Below are positions 56,987 through 64,000 of a stretch of 64,000 nucleotides of DNA, piece after piece. Source of the stretch: Candidatus Iainarchaeum sp. (GTDB lineage Archaea > B1Sed10-29 > WALL01 > JAGHAM01); contig JAGHAM010000023.1 in assembly GCA_021161465.1 (NCBI GenBank), forward strand, positions 8,895 to 72,894. The letters run 5' to 3'. The notes under the pieces are model-generated. The model saw nothing but the letters and a program-made list of their open reading frames with translations. It was not told the DNA's origin and did no database searches. Made by a program: the position numbers and the translations under genes. Position 1 is the stretch's first letter. Each line of letters opens with the position of its first letter.

Positions 56987-58174
56987 CTAGTGCCCTCTAA
57001 ACACGTCAATTATAAAACCAAACACGGCAAATAGCCCAACCAAACCCATAAAAACCCATGCATAAAGTGGGAAGCAGATGAAGGCAATAAGCTCGCCAAA
57101 ACCAAACTCCTTATTCTCCCTCACCTGAGACGCAAGCACCGTTAACGAAGAAAACACACCGATGAGGATTCCCGTTGTCCCTTCAATTGGAAATCCCCAG
57201 GATGGAAGATTAAAGAGGTTTACCCACGGCCCGATAAAAGTTACCCAGTTCACAGTGTAAGGCACAAAGAATGACGGAACCCACTGCCACCATTTAAGGA
57301 ATTCCGGGACATTAAGTGCAAGCGTGACAAAAGTTCCAATTGGCCATAGGATAAACAGGGCAAGCATATATGTAAGTGAGCCCCCCCTAAAGAAGGAACG
57401 CCAGTGCTTGAAGAATAACTGTATTCCCCCTTTCATCCACCTTAGCCTTTGTAAGAATAGTTCTCTAAACCCTGCTGCTGGCTCTGTCAGGACTACTGCC
57501 TCTGAACCAACTATTTTGTAACCTGCCTCCAGCAGTGAAACATATGTATCACTGTCTTCTATTAAGGTTCCACACTGAAAACCCCCTATGTCTTCCAATG
57601 CTTTTTTCTGTATTGCAGTAAAAGCCCCATAAACAAAAGGCAGGGATATGCCAAAAGAAGAATGTGCATGAAGGAGTGCTGAGGTCATGGCATACTCAAC
57701 ACGCTGGAACCAGCTAAGAATGCCTCTCCTGAATACATTCACTTTGCCAGAAACAAGTCCTACTTTCTTACCTGAAAGGGGAGCAACTACCTTTTCTATC
57801 GCGCCAGGTGGGACTACTATATCAGCATCTGCCACCAGCAGGACATCATACTTAGCCTTCCTCAACCCAGTATTCAAAGCATGGCATTTCCCTCTGTGCT
57901 TGGTCTTTATGATTATTGCAGATGCCTTAAGACCATCTGTGCTGCCATCTGTGCTGCCGTCATCAACGATGATTATCTCCATATTCCCAGGATAACCTGC
58001 TTTTTCCAAGGACTCCAAAAACCGGGGAAGAGTCTCCTTCTCGTTGTAAACTGCTGCTATAATCGATACATCTGGATGAAAACTCTTTCTTGGTATCTTC
58101 CTCTGGAATACAAGTAAGAATAACCAGAAAAGGAAGAGGGAGATCAATGCCAGATTTATCAAAATTAGTATCAT
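56987..58174 (-). CDS. membrane-bound processive-type GT2 glycosyltransferase
   Basis: N-terminal TM, GT-A core (SIIAAVYNEKE...IIVDDGSTDGS), a Q..RW-like motif (LQRLRWMKG), and C-terminal TM helices. Confidence 0.7.
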   Translation of the reverse strand: MILILINLALISLFLFWLFLLVFQRKIPRKSFHPDVSIIAAVYNEKETLPRFLESLEKAGYPGNMEIIIVDDGSTDGSTDGLKASAIIIKTKHRGKCHALNTGLRKAKYDVLLVADADIVVPPGAIEKVVAPLSGKKVGLVSGKVNVFRRGILSWFQRVEYAMTSALLHAHSSFGISLPFVYGAFTAIQKKALEDIGGFQCGTLIEDSDTYVSLLEAGYKIVGSEAVVLTEPAAGFRELFLQRLRWMKGGIQLFFKHWRSFFRGGSLTYMLALFILWPIGTFVTLALNVPEFLKWWQWVPSFFVPYTVNWVTFIGPWVNLFNLPSWGFPIEGTTGILIGVFSSLTVLASQVRENKEFGFGELIAFICFPLYAWVFMGLVGLFAVFGFIIDVFRGH

Positions 58175-59388
58175 CAGAAACCCTTATGTTTTGTGGTCAC
58201 GTGCCAGTGCATATCCTTCTTAAGAAGAATTTTAGATATGGCCAAGGTATTTGCAAATGCCACTAAGATTCCAACCAGGAAGGTCGCAACAATCGATTTG
58301 ACTATGAGTTTATTATGTCCCTCACCAGACATGGTGTAGACAACTGCCACTAGATACCCTCCGGTTATTATCGGTATTAGTATGGACAATTGACCCAATG
58401 GGGATATATTAAAAAACCCAAGCACAGTTCCAGCAGTAAGCTGGAGGAGTATCAATGGGTTTATGAATAACATGAATGCTATAAACAATAGGAAAGTTTT
58501 TTGGAATGGTGACAGAGCAGGTGTCTTCAATATGTCCTTAAATCTCATTGAAAAGGCCTCTAAAGTCCCATAAGTCCAGCGCATCTGCTGTTTTACTAAA
58601 GTCATTGCACTAAAGGGAACCTGGCAGGTAGCAAACAAATCTGGGTCAAAGATTATACGGTATCCTGTGCATAAAATCCTCAACCCTAATTCTGTATCTT
58701 CCGATTTTATATTTGGGGTCCAGCCACCAGCATCTTCCATGGCTTTTCGCCTTATAGCCACAGCAGAACCAGAAAGCAATGGAACCCCTACCCAGTTCTT
58801 TATTGGGTATATCAAGCGCTGATAGACAAGAAGGCTTAAGCTTGCAAACACTGAGATGAAATTTTCGTCAATATTAAGGAATTTCCATCTTCCCTGAACA
58901 ACCCCTACCTCTGGGTCCTCGAAGTGAGATACTACCCGTCTTAAAAAGTCCCTGGGAGGCACAAAATCAGAATCAAACAATAGCAGTATATCTCCATCGC
59001 TCCCGTTCATAGCGTTGTTAAGGGCCCCTGCCTTAAAGCCCTCCCTGTGGTTTCTCCTTATTACCTTCACCCTACCATATCTCTCAGCATAGTTATCCAC
59101 TATCTTGCTCACTTCGGGGTCGGTGCTGTCATCAGCAACCATAATTTCAAACCGGTCCTTGGGATAATCCATGTTGAGGCATGCCTTGATACAATCCCCA
59201 ACAACAGGGTCGTTAAACACAGGTATCTGAACAGTAACAAATGGGCATTCCCCACGTTTCAGCTTTGGTGCGGGTTTTGGCTTTTTTGTTGCCATAAAGA
59301 CCACACCAAAGTAGAAAAACAGTGACAGAGTTAGTACTGGGATTGAGAATAACAGATATGCATCTGTCACTAGGCTTAGGAAATCCAT
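58174..59388 (-). CDS. membrane-bound processive-type GT2 glycosyltransferase (cellulose-synthase-like fold)
   Basis: VTVQIPVFNDP...EIMVADDSTDP, Q..RW motif (KQQMRWTYG), flanking TM helices. Confidence 0.7.
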   Translation of the reverse strand: MDFLSLVTDAYLLFSIPVLTLSLFFYFGVVFMATKKPKPAPKLKRGECPFVTVQIPVFNDPVVGDCIKACLNMDYPKDRFEIMVADDSTDPEVSKIVDNYAERYGRVKVIRRNHREGFKAGALNNAMNGSDGDILLLFDSDFVPPRDFLRRVVSHFEDPEVGVVQGRWKFLNIDENFISVFASLSLLVYQRLIYPIKNWVGVPLLSGSAVAIRRKAMEDAGGWTPNIKSEDTELGLRILCTGYRIIFDPDLFATCQVPFSAMTLVKQQMRWTYGTLEAFSMRFKDILKTPALSPFQKTFLLFIAFMLFINPLILLQLTAGTVLGFFNISPLGQLSILIPIITGGYLVAVVYTMSGEGHNKLIVKSIVATFLVGILVAFANTLAISKILLKKDMHWHVTTKHKGF

Positions 59389-59421
59389 AAGTTTATTTAA
59401 AGTAAAACTCTTTTTATATCT

Positions 59422-60033
59422 ATGCGTTCACGATTGATTCCTGCAGTCTTACTCTCCGCATTGGTTATATATCTCATAGGAATCTATACTGGCTGGTACA
59501 TCACTAACAACCAAATGCGAGGAGCTGATGCTAAGATTCAAGAAATAGAAGGTAAGCTTAATGACATAAGAGAATGGACAACAGCAAGCGATCAGAGAAC
59601 GTGCCCAATACTTGAAAGTCAGTTTCAAAACCAAGTTAAGGAACTCTCATTATTCTGGAGCGCCCTACCACCAAAGATAGAAACATCAGACGTTTCTGAT
59701 GAAACGCTCAGGTCCTATGTAGAGCTAGAAGTAGAAGCTTACTTCGTTGGTGAATCTTTAGAACAGCAATGTGGGAGGAAGCTTAATTTGGTTCTGTATT
59801 TCCCAAAGAGAGGCGATGCAAACTCAGTAGAAGCAGGAAGACTCATTGACAAAAGTGGCAAAGGAGCGATGATTTTAACCATGCCTGTCGATGTAAACTC
59901 AACTGTGGTTAGTGCACTAGCCAAGAGCTTTAATATCACTAACTTCCCTGCAGTAAGAACCTGCACCAAGACACTTACATGGCCATTCACAGAAGATGAA
60001 CTATCCATAGCTATCTCGGAGTGCAACTCATGA
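59422..60033 (+). CDS. hypothetical N-terminally anchored protein
   Basis: 203 aa, signal-anchor MRSRLIPAVLLSALVIYLIGIYTGWY. Confidence 0.4.
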   Translation: MRSRLIPAVLLSALVIYLIGIYTGWYITNNQMRGADAKIQEIEGKLNDIREWTTASDQRTCPILESQFQNQVKELSLFWSALPPKIETSDVSDETLRSYVELEVEAYFVGESLEQQCGRKLNLVLYFPKRGDANSVEAGRLIDKSGKGAMILTMPVDVNSTVVSALAKSFNITNFPAVRTCTKTLTWPFTEDELSIAISECNS

Positions 60034-60626
60034 AACACGATAAATATTTGGTCATACCTGTATTCCATATTTCAACAATACTCTTTGTTTTTCTGATTGG
60101 TATGTATACCGCCCAAATAATAATGCCACTTGAGCCTGACCTAGTTAAAAGTCCTGTTTTTTCATCTGTAATATCACAAACTAAAGGTAATTACACAACA
60201 GAAGAGGCAATCATTGGTTTTTTTATTTTTGTGTTCTTTCTCCCCCTCAATCTATCGATAGTGTACCATATCTCTACAGAGATGGCCTCCAAGGGTGATA
60301 TTTACAACTCCATTGAGAAAGGTTTTATGGATTATCCTATGTTTTTCATGGGTTTCTCGAGCGTATTCTTTTTTTCCTTGGTTTTCCCCGCTATCGTCCC
60401 CCTGATAATTTACGCCGCATTTAGAAGACTTGAACCGAAAGTCCCATGGAAATACCACGTGCTATCAACAATTTTGTTCATCTCATGGCTTATTCCAATA
60501 GCACTAACCAACAGAATAGAAAGTATCCTGTGGAGGAGGTCTATATCCTTCATTTTCCTCATGGCTTTATTCATTCCATTCATTGGACACGCCACTATGA
60601 TAGACCATGTATTAAAGAAAAAGTAG
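60021..60626 (+). CDS. hypothetical polytopic membrane protein
   Basis: 201 aa, 5-6 TM. Overlaps the upstream gene by 13 nt. Confidence 0.4.
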   Translation: MQLMKHDKYLVIPVFHISTILFVFLIGMYTAQIIMPLEPDLVKSPVFSSVISQTKGNYTTEEAIIGFFIFVFFLPLNLSIVYHISTEMASKGDIYNSIEKGFMDYPMFFMGFSSVFFFSLVFPAIVPLIIYAAFRRLEPKVPWKYHVLSTILFISWLIPIALTNRIESILWRRSISFIFLMALFIPFIGHATMIDHVLKKK

Positions 60627-60665
60627 TGAAACTTTTTAAACAAGAATAGCAAAAATCTTAAACAC

Positions 60666-60956
60666 GCTCCCGTAGTCTAGTCCGGTTAACCACGAACCGC
60701 AAAATCCGTTCATGCTTTGTGTGATTGCTACGCAATCACACTGTTGGCAGGACGTAGCTGCTCTCTGGGAACAATCCCTTGCAGTAGCAATTTGTGGTAC
60801 GGAAAAGGATAAGGGCCTCTCGAGGCTTTCCTTGATATCTAAGGAAAGCCAAGGAAAGCCCTAGACCCGGGTTCAAAATAAGGGAGGGGGACACATTCCC
60901 CCTCCCCTTATAAGCCCTTCCCCTTTGGAAGAGCATGAACAGTCCCGGCGGGAGCA
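60666..60956 (+). tRNA. tRNA-Glu (anticodon CTC) with three introns (D-loop, anticodon loop, T-loop; about 291 nt)
   Basis: GCTCCCG-TA-GTCT-AGTCCGGTT-[about 140-nt insertion]-GGAT-A-AGGGC-CTCTCG-[intron GGCTTTCCTTGATATCTAAGGAAAGCC...]-(A)GCCCT-AGAC-CCGGG-TTCAAAA-[intron with the GGGAGGGGGACACATTCCCCCTCCCC hairpin]-CCCGG-CGGGAGC-A. The D-region parse is the least certain. Confidence 0.4.
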
Positions 60957-61063
60957 CTAGGGGGGTTTCACCCCCTCTACCCCCTTATAGGGATAGAATA
61001 TCACCTGTATCCTGATTGCTAGAAAGAGTGTAGCTGGTTCTCTTCGTAACGCTGAAAGCAGCC

Positions 61064-62182
61064 TCAAATCATCTTCTTTAAGAGTCCAGTCAAAGTTTCT
61101 TCTGTCAGCTCGCGCGGGTTGTTTTTAAGCGAGCTACTGTATGAGCTCTCTCCGATTAGCAAGGGGATATCCTTCTCAGCAACACCAACCTCACTGAAGC
61201 AAGTCTTCAATCCCAACACCTCAGCCAGCTTCTTCAAGTTCCTTATACCACCTTCTATCGAGGACGCACCACTCGCCCTGGCTATGGCCAGGACTTTCTC
61301 AGGGGCTGCCTCTTTGTTGTAATCCATTAATGCGGGCAGGGGTATCAAACAGCCATTCCCATGTGTTATTCCAAAGTGCGCGGTGACGGCGTGTGAAATG
61401 GGATGTGCTGCTGTAACACCCGCAAGATTTATAGCAATCCCAGCAAGCATACTGGCGAAGCTCATATTGGTTCTTGCCTCTAGGTCATTGGGGTTCCTAT
61501 AAGCTTTTTCAAGATTCTGAAATACCAGCTCTATTGCCCTAAGCGAAAACATCTCGCTCATTGGACTGCTCTTCTTGGACCAGTAGGATTCTATTGCATG
61601 TGCCAGCGCATCGACACCTGAGTTAGCCGTGACCTTTGGTGGCATTGTAAGCGTCAGCTTTGGGTCAATAATTGAGACATCTGGATAAATCGACTCATGA
61701 TGAAATCCCCTCTTCCAGTGCCTTTCGTTGTCAGAGATGACAGCAAAACGGTTAGCTTCGCTCCCAGTGCCAGAGGTAGTAGGTATGGCTATCAGCGGGA
61801 GGGATGGCTTACTTGGCTCTTTCCCGTCAAAAACATAATCATAACAACTGCCACCGTTAGCTGCAACTAAAGCAATCATCTTGGCAGTATCCATCGCACT
61901 TCCCCCACCAAGACCAATCACGAGCTCACAGCGGTTCTCATCTAGGAGCTCCACCCCCTTATCAACCGTCTGGTACGATGGGTTCTCTTCAGCTCTGTCA
62001 AACACAACAACATTGGCATCCAGCATATCAACAATCCTGTCAATTACTCCAGCCTTTTTCATCGCGTGCCTACCAGTCACCAGAAGGATTTTCCCATCCC
62101 CAACATATTTTGAAAGCTCATCAAGAGCATCCACGCCGAAGACAAGTTTAGCTGGCATATAATACGACCACATATACCCCAC
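61064..62182 (-). CDS. iron-containing (class III) alcohol dehydrogenase family oxidoreductase
   Basis: GGGSAMDTAK NAD-binding motif, and metal-binding DALAHAIESY and HPISHAVTAHFGITHG motifs. 372 aa. Confidence 0.75.
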   Translation of the reverse strand: MGYMWSYYMPAKLVFGVDALDELSKYVGDGKILLVTGRHAMKKAGVIDRIVDMLDANVVVFDRAEENPSYQTVDKGVELLDENRCELVIGLGGGSAMDTAKMIALVAANGGSCYDYVFDGKEPSKPSLPLIAIPTTSGTGSEANRFAVISDNERHWKRGFHHESIYPDVSIIDPKLTLTMPPKVTANSGVDALAHAIESYWSKKSSPMSEMFSLRAIELVFQNLEKAYRNPNDLEARTNMSFASMLAGIAINLAGVTAAHPISHAVTAHFGITHGNGCLIPLPALMDYNKEAAPEKVLAIARASGASSIEGGIRNLKKLAEVLGLKTCFSEVGVAEKDIPLLIGESSYSSSLKNNPRELTEETLTGLLKKMI

Positions 62183-62214
62183 CGAATTAATTATAAAACC
62201 ACAGATATTAAAGT

Positions 62215-63054
62215 ATGGTGATGGATATCCTGAAAAAATATCACGTGCTGGTGGAACTGATGAGGCCAGTGAACGGCCTCATGGCTGGCATAGCTGCCTT
62301 AATTGGTTATTTGATAGCTGAGGGTAATCTTGCCATGGCTCCAGAATTGTTCATGGCAATATCGGTCCCATTCCTAATTTCATGTGGCGGTATGCTCATC
62401 AACGACTATTTTGACAGGGACATAGACAAGCACCGCCCAATACAAAGAGGCGAGATAAAGCCAAACAATGTAGCATTAATTGGTGTTTTATTTTATATAT
62501 CTGGAATAACCCTAGCGTTTGCATTCAACATTGAAGCTGGGTATATTGCACTGATAGCAGCTGCCATGCTAACAATGTATGATGCCTCCCTGGCCAAGAC
62601 GCCTCTTGTTGGCAACATAATAATCGCGCTGAATACTGCACTTACATTCCCCTTCGGTGCCGCATTCACTGGAAATGCCTTCCCCCCTGCTATAAGCACT
62701 CTCTTCATAATGGCCTTGTTCTCCACTCTTGCAAGGGAAACTTACAAAGGAATCCAGGACATGGAGAAAGACAGGAAGACAAGAAAAACCCTGGCCATAA
62801 TCCTTGGCGCGAAGAAATCATGCGCTCTAGCTGCACTGTTTAACCTTGCAGCAATCTCGATAAGCCCTGTGCCTGCTCTGCTAAACATCTTTGGACTGCC
62901 ATACCTTGCCCTGGTTGCACTGGCAGACCTTGGCTTTGTGTATACTTCTGTAACTGCTTTCAACTCAAAAGACTTTTATATCCAGTCGAGAAACATGAAA
63001 ATACTTCAAGCTTTGGGTTTGCTTGCATTTCTTGCAGGCGCGTTAAACTTTTAA
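62215..63054 (+). CDS. UbiA-family prenyltransferase (possibly DGGGP synthase-like)
   Basis: NDYFDRDIDKHRPIQRG Asp-rich motif, about 8 TM, 279 aa. Confidence 0.75.
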   Translation: MVMDILKKYHVLVELMRPVNGLMAGIAALIGYLIAEGNLAMAPELFMAISVPFLISCGGMLINDYFDRDIDKHRPIQRGEIKPNNVALIGVLFYISGITLAFAFNIEAGYIALIAAAMLTMYDASLAKTPLVGNIIIALNTALTFPFGAAFTGNAFPPAISTLFIMALFSTLARETYKGIQDMEKDRKTRKTLAIILGAKKSCALAALFNLAAISISPVPALLNIFGLPYLALVALADLGFVYTSVTAFNSKDFYIQSRNMKILQALGLLAFLAGALNF

Positions 63055-63085
63055 AAAACCTTGGAGAAAACAAAGTGGTGTTCCT

Positions 63086-63535
63086 ATGACAGACCAGATA
63101 GAATTCTTCGCGCAGTATGGCAAATGGGTTGCAGTGAAAAAGCTGAAAATTGAAAACCAATCAAAGGCAGAAGTAGCGCGCTTCCTAGCAAGCGTGCACG
63201 AGAGCATAGATAGGAAAATGTGGGAGTTCCTTGATGAGGATATCCCATTAGGGGCTTTGGACGAGATAGCTGTTGAGATAACCGGGGCAACTAGAAAAGG
63301 CAAGAAATGGGTAACGCCGCGATTGAATGAGGAAAGGACTATCGAAATCATGGCAAGGCTAAGGAGCACGGGAACCACGAGAAAAATAAAACAACACGTT
63401 AAAAGCAAAGAACTGGTTGAGCTCGCGAAAATTTACCTAACCAGGCGCGCGCTTGAGATGATTGGGGTCAACCTGGAGCCAGACCCAAAGGTTATTGAGA
63501 AGTATACAACCAAAAAAGAACTTGGTGAAGTTTAG
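63086..63535 (+). CDS. hypothetical protein
   Basis: 149 aa, soluble, no recognisable motif. Confidence 0.4.
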   Translation: MTDQIEFFAQYGKWVAVKKLKIENQSKAEVARFLASVHESIDRKMWEFLDEDIPLGALDEIAVEITGATRKGKKWVTPRLNEERTIEIMARLRSTGTTRKIKQHVKSKELVELAKIYLTRRALEMIGVNLEPDPKVIEKYTTKKELGEV

Positions 63536-63675
63536 CCCCCTAACTCTGACAACCACAACTCCCTAAGTTCCTTCGTTTGCACAAAACCGTCTAGGACCTT
63601 ACCAACTATTGCTCGAGTGGCATTTATAAATCTTAGAAAGCAATTTAAAAGTTAAATGTAAAAGTATAGACGCAC

Positions 63676-63801
63676 GGGGTCGTAGGGTAGCCTGGACCAT
63701 CCTACGGGCTTTGGGAGTCTTTTCTGGACGCGCGGGTCAAGCCTGAGCAATGGAAAAGGCAAAAACAGCCTGTGACCGGAGTTCAAATCTCCGCGACCCC
63801 A
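63676..63801 (+). tRNA. tRNA-Gln (anticodon TTG) with about 53-nt canonical anticodon-loop intron
   Basis: GGGGTCG-TA-GGGT-AGCCTGGACC-ATCC-T-ACGGG-CTTTGG-[intron 63715..63767]-(G)CCTGT-GAC-CGGAG-TTCAAAT-CTCCG-CGACCCC-A. The cloverleaf is fully complementary. Confidence 0.75.
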
Positions 63802-63804
63802 CCT

Positions 63805-63956
63805 AAACTTCTTTGGGAAAGAAGTTTAATCAAGAAAAAGAAGGAAACTTCTTTGGGAAAGAAGTTTAATCAAGAAAAAGAAGGAAACTTCTTAGGAAGA
63901 AGTTTAATCCAGAAGGAAGGAAACTTCTGGAAAGGAAGTTTAATCAAGGAATCCAA
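63805..63956. repeat. four tandem copies of a roughly 40-nt unit containing the palindrome AAACTTCTTTGGGAAAGAAGTTT
   Basis: Units start at 63805, 63845, 63885 and 63921 (the last two are degenerate). There are no unique spacers between them. Confidence 0.8.
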
Positions 63957-63960
63957 ATCC

Positions 63961-64000
63961 GCAGGGGTTCCGGAGCGGTCAAACGGGCAGGACTTAAGTA
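63961..64000 (+). tRNA. tRNA-Leu (anticodon TAA), 5' part only (truncated by the window end)
   Basis: GCAGGGG-TT-CCG-GAGCGGTCAAA-CGG-G-CAGGA-CTTAAGT... matches the archaeal tRNA-Leu D-arm and anticodon loop. Confidence 0.5.

Noticed and set aside
61064-62182. Glycerol-1-phosphate dehydrogenase (egsA) next to the UbiA prenyltransferase, forming an ether-lipid gene pair
   Set aside because: The metal-binding motifs (DALAHAIESY, HPISHAVTAHFGITHG) and the GGGSAMDTAK spacing fit class III Fe-alcohol dehydrogenases better than G1PDH. It is kept as a generic Fe-ADH family call.
63805-63956. Possible CRISPR array after tRNA-Gln
   Set aside because: The repeat units abut each other with no unique spacers. 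The unit length is about 40 nt with degenerate copies. No cas genes are nearby. This behaves as a simple tandem repeat.

Overview
This 64-kb window looks archaeal: box-A/TATA-like promoters sit about 20-35 nt upstream of many start codons, some genes have SD-like GGAGG/GGTG motifs, and the tRNA genes carry multiple introns. It splits into four parts.

(1) Housekeeping genes at both ends: PAC2-family protein, Lrp/AsnC regulator, deoxyhypusine synthase, family-B DNA polymerase, MetAP, pyrB/pyrI, 3-methyladenine glycosylase, Fe-alcohol dehydrogenase and a UbiA prenyltransferase.

(2) A roughly 30-kb cell-surface island between about 9.6 and 41.8 kb. It has a FlaI/TadA-like secretion ATPase (761 aa), a FlaJ/TadC-like platform protein, and ten or more genes with class-III (prepilin-like) signal peptides, including duplicated pilin pairs that keep their duplicated promoters. 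Two paralogous giant N-terminally anchored proteins follow (2677 and 2219 aa), then a tight array of eight small hairpin membrane proteins. Five of those eight form an apparently new paralogous family (N-terminal MDT, two TM helices, a C-terminal SAFG motif). Nearby, a 1518-aa secreted protein with a tripartite C-terminus (TM helix plus a KKKKR tail) lies next to a small polytopic protein that resembles an exosortase/archaeosortase.

(3) A glycosylation island at 51.4-59.4 kb with two GT-C (ArnT/PMT-like) enzymes, three GT2 enzymes and a flippase-like protein.

(4) Five complete tRNA genes, four of them with unusually large, multiply interrupted structures of 182-325 nt: Arg-TCG, Gln-CTG, Val-CAC and Glu-CTC. 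They share paralogous intron sequences at canonical (anticodon loop) and non-canonical (T-loop, D-loop) positions. The fifth, Gln-TTG, has a single 53-nt intron. A block of four roughly 40-nt palindromic tandem repeats lies between tRNA-Gln(TTG) and a truncated tRNA-Leu at the window edge.

The pilus/giant-adhesin/small-membrane-protein supercluster and the shared mobile-looking tRNA introns are the items most worth a second look.
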